This document shows, piece after piece, positions 12,631 to 23,612 of a stretch of DNA of 64,000 nucleotides. The stretch covers positions 75,764,001 through 75,828,000 of the forward strand of contig NC_043001.1 of the NCBI RefSeq assembly GCF_006345805.1, read 5' to 3'. The stretch's first letter is position 1; the number at the start of each line of letters is the position of its first letter. The DNA is from Octopus sinensis. Taxonomy: Eukaryota. The notes under the pieces are model-generated. The model searched no databases and had not been told where the DNA came from. It was given only the letters and a program-made list of their open reading frames with translations. The translations under genes and the position numbers were made by a program.

Positions 12631-13158
12631 AATCTTATTTATGTTCCACCTACATTTTCTCCAATTCCTGAGTAGTCCATGTGGTTAATTTCAAATATAT
12701 TTCTGCTACATTGACATAGAGCCAAACATTTGTTATATCGGGTATTTGGGTAAATATTAGCTAGCACGTGTATCTGCTGGCAAGCAGATTTCAGAAACGA
12801 TATGTAGATATAATCTATCTGCCATATTATGACAACCAGTTTAAAGCATGGTATTAAATGTTTATTCTGTGAGCTGTAGTTAATCTCCAGAGATAGATGT
12901 GTTATTTCAAAAACTACAAACGCATCAATCTTGTTAGATTTAATATTGCATGGCTTTTGTGTCATCCAAACTTGCAGATTGGTATTTATCGTTAAAAAGT
13001 AACCAAAGAGATACACACACTAGCACTTATACATTTGCTTTGTCTCTCTCACGCACACACAGGTACACGTACATACACACACATAATACATACACATATA
13101 TAAATATGCCTTAGACATATCAACATATGTTACTTGCAACACGTGTCTTTATTATATG

Positions 13159-13195
<37 letters not shown>

Positions 13196-14767
13196 ATTTA
13201 TGTATGTATGCATGTATGTATCTATATATAGAAACATACATACATATATATATACTCACGCATACAAATGTGTGTATATATATATACATACATATATATG
13301 CATATGTACACACAAATATATGCACATACATATAATAAATGCATACACATTTGTATGCGTGAGTATATATATGTATGTATGTTTGTATATACATACATGC
13401 ATACATACATACATAAATACATACATACATACATATAATATTATATATACTTATAGGTACGTATGTGTCTATATATGGATGTATGCACGTACGTATATAT
13501 GTGTGTGTGTGTACATACATATGCATATATTTATTAGATATACATGTATACAGAGATGCACTTATATATACTCACACATACATATGTGTGTACATACATA
13601 TATGCATATATACATCCATATGTATATATATGCATATGTACACACAAATATATGCACATACATATAATTAATGCATATATAGCATATATATATATACTTA
13701 TACGTACGTATGTATATATGGATGTATGCACGTACGTATATACATATACATATATATATATATATATTATATATGTGTGTGTGTGCGTGTGTGTGTGTGT
13801 ATGTATACACCGCTGCACTTATTTACATATTTATTCTTGAGTGTTACTGCATGCGTGCATATGTGCAAGTTTGTGCGCATGTGTGTGTTGTGAGTATGTG
13901 CATGAATGAGATATCTGTTCAAATATTTAGCCTATATTATGTAATCGATTCAAATATTCGATTCCCCTGTATCCCATCACGTCAAGTGTATTTTGCATTT
14001 AGGTTTTACAAATATTTTTTTATTGCACATCTAAAAAATCTGTGATTAATGCAAATATGAAGGATGTATAAGATTTATCGTCTGTTCTTTGGGATATTAC
14101 TTAAATGAAATCAGTTTTATGGAGTGTCAACTCGGATTCAAAAGTGCAGCACATATTTAATTTCTAGAGAAACTACAGCTACGCAACGACTGAAAATTCA
14201 AGGATGGAACTCTAGGGATTTAGAAACATCAGATATTTGGAAAATCAGTATGTTACAGGGGTCTTTAGGAGAGAATGCACACTGTTTCGAGGCCTTCTTC
14301 TAGATGACTTTACATCGCATCGCCCCTCACCACTACCACCACACTACTGGATCCACTATTAAGTTCATTTTGGCATCATCAGAATCATTTAAGTCGTGAA
14401 AATATTCAGATCACACATACACACACGCGCGCACACACACCACCTCTTCAGTCAGATTTTATCATCCCGTTCCAACCACAACCAATGGTTGGATGTCTGA
14501 ACTGTTGAATGGACTTCTTTCAAGATGACGTTTGCTTGACGATGCTTGATGCCGATTGAAAGAAGACAGTCTCTGTTTGGTTCCAATAAAACCCCTACAC
14601 TCAAATTCTATGAGAAAGTGTGCTATAATCCAAGCAGCAACTTTACAGCCTAAATGATTTCTGATTAAGGAAATTAAGAAACGGCAATTTGTTGGGTGTC
14701 CAAATTTACTGGGAAGATGAAATCAATAGACCGTTGCAGTTCCGTTCTAATGATAGAGGATTATGTA

Positions 14768-15171
14768 CTCTTCTACTTGTTTCAGTCATGTGACTGTGGC
14801 CATGCTGGAGCACCGCTTTTAGTCGAGAAAATCGACCCCAAGACTTATTCTTTGTAAGTCTAGTACTTGTTCTATCGGACTTTTTTACCGAACCGCTAAG
14901 TTACGGGGATGTAAAGACACCTGCATCGGTTGTCAAGCGATGTTGGGGGGGGGAACACAGACACACCAACATATACGCACATGCATACATATATACATAT
15001 ACATATATACTACGGGCTTCTTTCAGTTTCCGTCTACCAAGTTCACTCACAAGGCTTTGGTCGGCCCGAGGCTATAGTAGAAGACACTTGCCCAAGGTGC
15101 CACGCAGTGGGAATGAGCTCGGAACCATGTGGTTGGTAAGCAAGCTACTTACCACACAGCCACTCCTACGC
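14768..15171 (-). mobile_element. tRNA-derived SINE family B (two-part, central TA/TG microsatellite)
   Basis: Head gtggctgtgtggtaagtagcttgcttaccaaccacatggttcc, ccttgggcaagtgtctt core, 3' gctccagcatggccacagtc. Other copies or fragments at 15362-15435, 15900-16100, 19214-19590, 34690-34850, 36440-36632, 52088-52255. Confidence 0.85.
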
Positions 15172-16131
15172 TGATATTGAACTTTTTCTTTTGTGAGTCA
15201 GGCTGCTATTTCACGTTGACCATTTTATATATGCATAACAGCAAATAAAAAGGAATACATTTTATGAAAAAGTATACATTATTTTTCAATTATATATCTA
15301 TCTATAGATAGATATATAGATATATGTGTATGTAGAGAGATATGTGCAAATAATCCAAATTCTGCAATGGGACTGAACCCGGAACCATGTGGTTCGTACG
15401 CAAGCTACTTACCACACAGCCACTCCTACGCCTATATGTGGTTATAAGTTTTGCTAGATATAGCAGCTAATTCTCCCTTAAGTCGAAGATTCCTGTCTTT
15501 AAAAAGATCGAAATTAATGCATATTGTAATCCTAGGTATATTGCTTCTAAATAAGAGATGAGACCATCATGGACAGAACATCATTATCAACGATCAACCG
15601 AATCATTTCTGAGGAAGAGCTGAGCAACAACAAAATCAGGAAGATGGCGTTTTGCAGGAGAAAACCGTTCCATAATTTAAACGTTGAAGCTACGGAAGCT
15701 ATGCAGATGGTAATGGTGTCTTCGTAGAACCAATTTTTTTTCTTTGGTTACTTAACATCGTGGATTAGGTCTATGCACATAATGCGTTTGATGCTGAAAT
15801 GTAAATCAAGAGCGATGAATCTGAGGTTGTTTTGATGCATCCGTTATAACTTGTTGAAAAGACAACTTCTCAGTTATTTATCGTTTTTATGATACCGACG
15901 TGCTGGGGCACCACCTTGCAGGATTTAGTCAGACAAATCAATCACAGCACCTATGGATAAAAGCCTGATACTTATTCTATCGGCCTCTTTTTCCCTAACC
16001 GATCAGTTCTGATGAAAAACACAAACCAATACCGGTTGTAAAGTGGTGGGGGGGAGTAGTAGTAGTGGTGGTGGTGGACTACTAGAAGCACAAAGACACG
16101 TACCAACCTCGATACATACATATGTGCATGC

Positions 16132-16176
<45 letters not shown>

Positions 16177-16177
<1 letters not shown>

Positions 16178-16355
16178 TGAGAAAAAAGGGGCAGTCACAA
16201 TTTTGGATAATCCTTTATAAGCGCATTCGTTCGTTTACGAACTCATGAAGACAACAATCAAATTTTTGATATTGATTTTTCTTTGATGTGTTCCTAAACG
16301 AACGAAAGCGCTAATACAGGATTATCCAAAATTCTGACTGCCTCCTTTGTCTCAA
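16177..16355. mobile_element. ~180-bp MITE, TA-flanked
   Basis: Imperfect TIRs ctgagaaaaaaggggcagtcacaattttggataatcct.. / ..aggattatccaaaattctgactgcctcctttgtctcaa extending ~55-60 bp. Confidence 0.8.
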
Positions 16356-16389
16356 TATATATTATCTGTACACCACTTCAAGCATCCTA

Positions 16390-17202
16390 TACAAGGTCTG
16401 ATCAATAAGTATCCGGACTGTTGCCATAGTAACGAAGCTAAAGCACGCAGAGGGAAGCTGCTTGGTAAATATTGATCTTGCACTCTGTTGTACACGTGCC
16501 CTAAGTTTTAACGTTCTAGCTCACTTCTAAGTAGTGCTTCGAAAGAAGATATGTAGCGTGTGATCGTCGCATGACCATGACAGAGAAAGTTGTCATAGCG
16601 ATACCTGCTCAGAGGCCTACGCAAAGTTGCAGAAAGTGTATGGAGAGGAGTGTTTGAGCTACACACAAGTGTACGAGTGGTTTAGATGTTTTCAAGATAG
16701 CCGAAAAAAATGTTGATATAGGCGAACGTTCTGGGAGACACGCAAGCAGCAGAACTGAGAAAATCATCGCAGGTGTGCGTGCAGCTGTAAGGGAAACTCG
16801 TCTAATCACCTTCCGTGAGTTATCAGAGGATGTGCAGATTAGTCACGATTCAATTCAGTCCATTATTACTGAAGATTTGGGTCATGATGCGTGTTTGCCA
16901 AATGTGGGCCAAAACTACTTTCAGCTGACCAGATAGACACGCAGGTTTCACTTGCAAAAGCTCTTCTTGATTGTGTCGACAACAATGAAAACAGTTTGAA
17001 AACTTTACCTAGGCCTCTGGGCAGGTATCACCAAGCTTTTGGCAAAATTTGATGCAGATTCTCTGCTATACACCTTCCTTCGAATTACTGCTGTAAACAG
17101 CAGAAGTGAGCTGGAACGTTAAAACTTAGTGCGCATGCACAGCAGAGTTCAAGATCAATCTTTGCCAAGTGGTTTCACTCTCCGTGCTTTAGCTTCGTTA
17201 CT
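16390..17202 (+). mobile_element. Mariner-derived internally deleted element with long inverted termini
   Basis: Inverted segments ~16428-16530 and ~17101-17202. Internal frame YAKLQKVYGEECLSYTQVYEWFRCFQD..ERSGR..ITFRELSEDV is an HTH region of a mariner transposase. Confidence 0.8.
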
Positions 17203-17596
17203 GAAATCTTTAGAGTCGCTTAACTTTACATGGCTATACGCCAAGCAATGCGGAAATTGAATTTGCAGTAGAAATCCACGGCATATAGTTTATAGATCCA
17301 ATATAACTAAAATCAACAAAAGAAGTACTCCTTCCAGTGAGAGATAAATATCACTTGATATACATATATACATACATAAATGCATACATACATACATACA
17401 CACACACATACATACATACATACATTCACACATTCATATATACATACATACACATATTCATACATACATACATACATACATACATACACACACATACATA
17501 CATACATACTACATACATACATACATACATACACACACACATTCATACATACATGCATACGTACAACATACATACATACATACATACATACATACA

Positions 17597-17627
<31 letters not shown>

Positions 17628-17866
17628 GTACATGCATGCATGCATGCACGTGGCCCGTTGGCAATTCCTTCTTTTCTTCCTTCTTTGGACTTTTCCCTTT
17701 CTCCTTTCCGATGAAGAGCTATGCTCGAAACATTAAACTCTCTCCGTTAACTGAGCTTCAAGCTAATATACTTCTTGTGCACGTCCTCATGTTCGTTCTT
17801 TCTCTTTTTTGCGTTTTTCATCAGTTTATTTGAATTGAGTACACACACACACACACACACACACAC

Positions 17867-17956
<90 letters not shown>

Positions 17957-18125
17957 TATACACTATGTGTATGTATATATATATATATATATATATTATA
18001 TTATATTAAATTAGAGATAAAACCACTATTAGGCAAATCAAACAATGAAAAACTTAAGCCATAAAATTGGATTCAGTCCTAAATCTGATTTTTCCCTGTA
18101 AGAGTGGATTTATTCCCTAATATTT

Positions 18126-18166
<41 letters not shown>

Positions 18167-18322
18167 CATTAAGAAATCCCTAGCGAGACGTAAACAGTAG
18201 CAGCACGGAATCGTGAAGTATATATTTGCCACCTAAGTGTGGCGGACTCAAAGAGGATGATGCTATTGTTGCTAACGACGCACTGTCTGTGTCCGATTAG
18301 TATTTGCGAAGAGAAATCATCG

Positions 18323-18393
18323 TTTCCATCTCTAGCCTTACGTGATACACAAAACCCGGCTTTCTGGGTAGTAACCCGTCATCAGCGTGGAAA
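18323..18393 (-). ncRNA. Candidate type I hammerhead ribozyme
   Basis: Minus strand UUUCCA CG CUGAUGA C GGGU-UACU-ACCC A GAAA GCC (20-nt loop) GGC UA GAGA UGGAAA. Confidence 0.5.
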
Positions 18394-18443
18394 AATCACC
18401 AGCTAGCGATCAGGACTCATACCAAACCCAAAATACTATATGC

Positions 18444-18775
18444 ATGGATCAGTGGTTAGAGCGTCGGGCTCACAACCATGGGGTACTGAGTTCGATTCTT
18501 GCATCAGGTAGAGTTTTGTGTTCTTGAGCAAGACACTTCATTTCACATTGCTCCAGTTCACTCGGCTTTAGAAATGAGTTGTGGCGTCACATGTGTGAAG
18601 CTGCAATCGGCCTTTATCCTTCCCTTGGATAAAAGTGTGGCTTGTAGAGGGCAGTTTGGTATGAATGGGTGACTTCTGGTCTCTTATAAACAAACTTGGC
18701 CACATTTGTGCCTCGGAGGGGATCTTTCTAAGTACATTCCTATGGTCATTCATGACCGAAGAGTGTCTTTACGCT
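18444..18775 (+). mobile_element. tRNA-derived SINE family C (variant 3' end)
   Basis: Head gatcagtggttagagcgtcgggctcacaaccatg..gagttcgattc, then tgttcttgagcaagacacttcatttcac. Close relative at 21478-21785. Confidence 0.8.
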
Positions 18776-18781
18776 TTTAAC

Positions 18782-18833
<52 letters not shown>

Positions 18834-19182
18834 TCCCAATTTGTGTGAATTTGTGTAAACTTCACGGTTTGCCAGTCGTACTGATAATCTATCTAAGATG
18901 CATGCAGTTTTGTCAAAACCGTGTTCCAAACATTCAGCTTGTTGGATCATTCGAAGTCGTACTACAGTTGTCAAGAACTCAACTGTCAGTTAAATACATT
19001 TTGAAATCTGATGATTACTGTGAACGTATGAAAGCGCTGACTGAACTTTATGAACATTACAATATCCTTTTTTTAATATTAAATTACCATAATAAAAAAC
19101 ATGAAAACCAGACCATGTGTTAACTTCATTCAACTGATAACACACACATACACACGCGCGCGCGCGCACGCACACACACACA

Positions 19183-19213
<31 letters not shown>

Positions 19214-19235
19214 TGACGGGTTTCTTTCAGTTTCT

Positions 19236-19452
19236 TATTTTTTTACTGCCCACAGAGGGGACAAACAAGGACAGACAAACGGATTAAGTCGATTACATCG
19301 ACTGCAGTGCGTAATCGGTATTTATTTAATCGACCCCGAAAGGATGAAAGGCAAAGTCAACCTCGTCGGAATTTGAACTCAGAACGTAGCGGCAGACGAA
19401 ATACCGCTAAGCATTTCGCCTGGCGTGCTAACGTTTCTGCCAACTCGCCGCC
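19236..19452 (-). mobile_element. tRNA-SINE family A copy nested in a family B SINE
   Basis: 14-bp TSD ttctttcagtttct at 19222-19235 and 19453-19466. A/B-box head ggcggcgagttggcagaaacgttagc..gagttcaaattcc. Confidence 0.9.
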
Positions 19453-20318
19453 TTCTTTCAGTTTCTGTCTACCAGATCCATTCGCAGAGTTTAGGTAGGC
19501 CCGAGCTATTGTGGAAGTTAATTGACCAAGGTGCCACAATGAAGGACTGGCGCTGAAACTATGTGGTTGAGGAAGCAAGCTTCGTACCATACAGACATGT
19601 CTGCGACTAAAATAACTGTGGTCCAGGTGAAGTTATGTACATTCTTCCTTATCACTATTCACTGATTCATTTCAAAGTTGAGTTAAACGGATATATATGT
19701 TATCGACATCTTTAAAAAGTCAACCAACTGAAGTGGATGCCCATGTAACCTTTGTGTTTTATTACTTTAGTAGGTTAAATGTTTGATATGTCACCATTTT
19801 CCTCATCGCTTGTTGTTTTATAATATTGCTTAGCGATGAATTTACTATGCATATCTATCGAAGATGTATTTCACTTGACTTTATTCGCACACATACGGCC
19901 ACGCGCACTAACTACATACACACACATGTAACTACATACACACAAGACATACACATACATATCGATATATACGTATATATATACGCAAGCCCCCACACAC
20001 AGAAGCACACACACACACATATACATACATACATAGAAACATACATATATATATATATATATATGTGTGTGTACCAAAGCAATAACAAAAAAGTTAAATA
20101 AAAAAAGAACGAAAGTGCAAGGGGACACTCAACGAAGGAAATGGTTATAAAGTAAAAGTTATAGAGCAAAGTATGGTGGAAAGTAATACTAACCTAAGTC
20201 ATTGTTGTGAATATATCTATATATTATATACTTACTAATATTGTCTCTCGTGTATGCGTGTGTGTGTGCGCGCGCGTGCGTGTTTGTGTGTTTGTGTGTG
20301 TGTCTGTTTGTGTGTGTG

Positions 20319-20402
<84 letters not shown>

Positions 20403-20880
20403 CACTATCAGTGCCAAGCAGTGTTTAGGCAGAAGCGAACTTAGGTTAGTAAAAAATATGTTTGTGACATATCTCAACTTCTAAAGGCATATTTCACCCC
20501 ATTTACCGTGGCGAAAAAATACTCCCTTATGGGAAAAAGAGTAAAAGCACCATATCTGATCAGTGCCGCCCCCTAACGGATTATGAATGGGAAATACCGA
20601 GGAGGAATAATTCTGGGCAGACTTTAAAGCCACATTTTTAACTAAAACGCTGTCAGTAACATTAACCAAATCGCGACATAGGGCCACCAGGTCTGAAGAA
20701 ATTCGGCAGTATCAGTGCCAAGGAGTATTTAGGCATAAGCGAACTTTAGGTGAGTTTAAATATGATGGTAATATATTTCAAAATCTGAAGGCAACTGTTA
20801 TTTCCTATCCTAGAAAATGGGTAATATTTCCTTCAAATATTGCTTTTGTTACATTTATTCAAGCCCCAAATAATCTCTTG

Positions 20881-21022
20881 ACACATGACAATTATGCTCT
20901 CCCACTACACCTGCTCATGAGCAGAGATGCGCGTATTGTCAGCCACTAAGGTACATGCTCAAGTGATTAAGGTGAATCAACTGACAAGCAAATCTCTGGT
21001 ATTGTGTAGATTATTTGCTATA
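20881..21022 (-). mobile_element. Decayed internal fragment of the ~550-bp element (see 43611-44161)
   Basis: Reverse complement matches gcaaatattctgctcaataccacagatttgcttgtcagttg..cccttagtggctgac..gagcat. Confidence 0.75.
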
Positions 21023-21477
21023 ATGCTATTTCAGCTTCAGCAACTCAGCGCTGAGTCTGTCTGAAATGTAATGGAAAAATCTGTCAGTTTCAAAATATTG
21101 ATGCGCAAGTCACGAAATCAAAGATAAAAAGCAATAGTAGTTACTTCCTCTGATTTCTAGATAGAAGCAAATAGAAATCAACAGTTATTGAGCAAAGACA
21201 AAATTAAAATTATTATATTATACAGTGTAACCATTACAACTCCCACCATCGCCGCAACACACACACTCAGTCAAACAAATTGTGAATCATATCACATTAT
21301 GAATATATCTCAGTTAAGAATAATCTGAACGATACTTAATCATTTTGGTTTAGTGTTTAAAGTCGAGTTTGGCTTATACGCATCACTACGAGGTGAATTC
21401 TAAAAGTTTACAGGCGTTTTTAGGAGAGGCAGCTATAAATAAAAGTCGTAGATTATTGTAATTTTAGTATATTAGTG

Positions 21478-21785
21478 AAAGCGCATGGCTCATTGGTTAG
21501 AATATCGAGCTTACGATCGTGAGATTGTGAGTTCGATTCCCGGACCGGGCTGCGTGTTGTGTTCATGAGCAAGGCACTGTATTTCACGTTGTTAACTCAG
21601 CTGTAGAAATGAGTTGCGACATCACTGGTGTCAAGCTGTATCGGTCTTTGCCTTTCCCTTGGATAAGATCAGTGGTGTGGAAGGCGACTGCTGGTCTTCC
21701 ATAAACAACCTTGCCCGGACTTGTGCCTCGGAGGGTAACTTTCAAGGTGCAATCCCATGGTGATTCGTGACCGAAGGGGGTCTCC
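21478..21785 (+). mobile_element. tRNA-derived SINE family C (variant 3' end)
   Basis: gcgcatggctcattggttagaatatcgagc..gtgagttcgattccc head; aligns with 18444-18775. Confidence 0.8.
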
Positions 21786-21849
21786 TCCTCAGTATATCAG
21801 TACTATGCATCTAATAAACTGACCTGCCAACTTTTGTGTTTTAAAATTG

Positions 21850-22500
21850 AAGGTGACGACTGTAACAGGACTTTGAACACACCCTACTAAACACTGCTTG
21901 TCACAGCAAACGAGTTTGCAGAATGCAGTCAAGACGTAAAGACAACTTGAATGTTTCCTGCGCAGTAACGTTTTGTGTTAAACTGAGTGAAAACACTACA
22001 GAAACTTATGAAATACTCCAGGCTGCTTATGGATGAGAAAATTCGCAATTTTCAGGATGAAACTGTTTTATGTCTATAAAGACAATAAACATACAGCCTG
22101 GAGCTGGTGTGGTGACTTTACACAAAATTCTTCCTGACGGTCTGAATATAAGCAAAATTTGTTCCCAGGCTGCTCTGCGATCAGCATCCTGGTGACCAAC
22201 TTCTTAAAGATAGGCATCAAAATTGTCCCTAACCTTCCCTACAATCCAGACTGTACACCCTATCACTTTTGTTTGTTTCCCAAGCTGAAGGAGAACTTTA
22301 GGAACAGTCATTTTGAAGATGGAGGCTGTGAAGAAGGTCCTGGACACCTTCAATTTGGTGAACTTCCGTAAAATCTTTGGGAAGTGGTTGGAGTGCTACA
22401 ACAAATGCATTGAAATCAGATGATTCTAGTTTGAATGAGAATAGAGTTTTGTACTTCTTTGAAATTAATAGAAGTCTGTTCTGAAAATCTCTGAAAACTT
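21850..22500 (+). mobile_element. Decayed mariner relic
   Basis: FCVKLSENTTETYEILQAAYG (N-terminal HTH) and LPYNPDCTPYHFCLFPKLK (degenerate PYSPDLAP.DF.LFPKLK). Confidence 0.75.
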
Positions 22501-23136
22501 TTATCTTTAGGAGTCTTTATTAAATTTCAGGGGCTTAGCATATTCAGTTGTATCATCACATAAAGTTCACTTTGACTCACCTTCAGGTACAACATGAGAA
22601 GGTTTTACGAAATGAACAATTGACAATGTAGTCAATACAATATTATTACTATAGAAACAATAATCATCAAATTATTAAACGTGATGTTAATGCAAAGAAT
22701 GACTGTTCGGTGACAATCTATTCCTCAACAAAAGAAGCTTTCCGTTTTTGTTTTCATCTTCGGCGCAATATGCGTATGTATACAGGATTTCTTTTCTCTA
22801 GTTATCTAGTTACAGGGGTAGTGTAGGAGATATTATAGAAACAATTATTTTTTCCTTCATGAAATTTCTGAGTACATCTCCAATTTTCGACTCTCGAATC
22901 TAGCTAGAAGTTGTGAAAGAATAAAAAATTAAAAAAATATAATCAATTAATTTAATTAAACCTATCTTTTACTTGCAGCGCTAACATTCGAAACTGTAGT
23001 CACATGATCCCGTTAGTATTTCTCATATACATATTCAATAATTTCGTGTTGATTAACAATTTACTGCAACTGCAAATCTAACTAGCTTTGACTTTGCCTC
23101 TCATTGTTCTGATACCAGATTAGCTAGAACTTTAAA

Positions 23137-23455
23137 GACTCCGCTGGTTACAACGACGAGGGACCCAGCTGATACGATCAACGGAACAGCTTGCTCGTGA
23201 AATTAACGTGCAAATGGCTGAGCATTGCACAGACACGTGTACCCTTAACGTAGTTCTCGGGGATAATCAGCGTGACACAGAGAGTGACAAGGCTGACCCT
23301 TTGAAATACAAGTACAACTCATTTTTGCCAGCTGAGTGGACTGGAGCAACGTGAAATAAAGTGTCTTGCTCAAGGACACAACGCGTCGCTGGGAATCGAA
23401 CTCACAACCTTACGATCATGAGCCGAATGCCCTAACCACTAAGCCACGCGCCCTC
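23137..23455 (-). mobile_element. tRNA-derived SINE family C
   Basis: Reverse complement of the 29100-29462 type: tRNA-like head and tail ccgttgatcgtatcagctgg..cgtcgttgtaacc. Confidence 0.85.
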
Positions 23456-23612
23456 ACTAGCTAGATTACACATCCAGCTAATCGACTGATTGATATAGAG
23501 ATATAGTAAACTATGTTTATCTGTACCAAGCGTTAACCGTAGTAATATGTAACATGAAAGCGTCAAGTACGACTAAAGGGCTTCTGTGGACTATGTCCTT
23601 GAAATAATCATT

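Noticed and set aside
15570-15730. 52-codon ORF MDRTSLSTINRIISEEELSNNK.. with a possible splice donor
   Set aside because: It overlaps a decayed short interspersed repeat ending in aacaacaa, and the phases do not join the 14168-14247 candidate exon.
21036-21080. SATQR..LK resembling TATQRLK of the 14.2-kb candidate exon
   Set aside because: It has an in-frame stop, and the match coincides with a 14-bp palindrome (actcagcgctgagt); likely chance.
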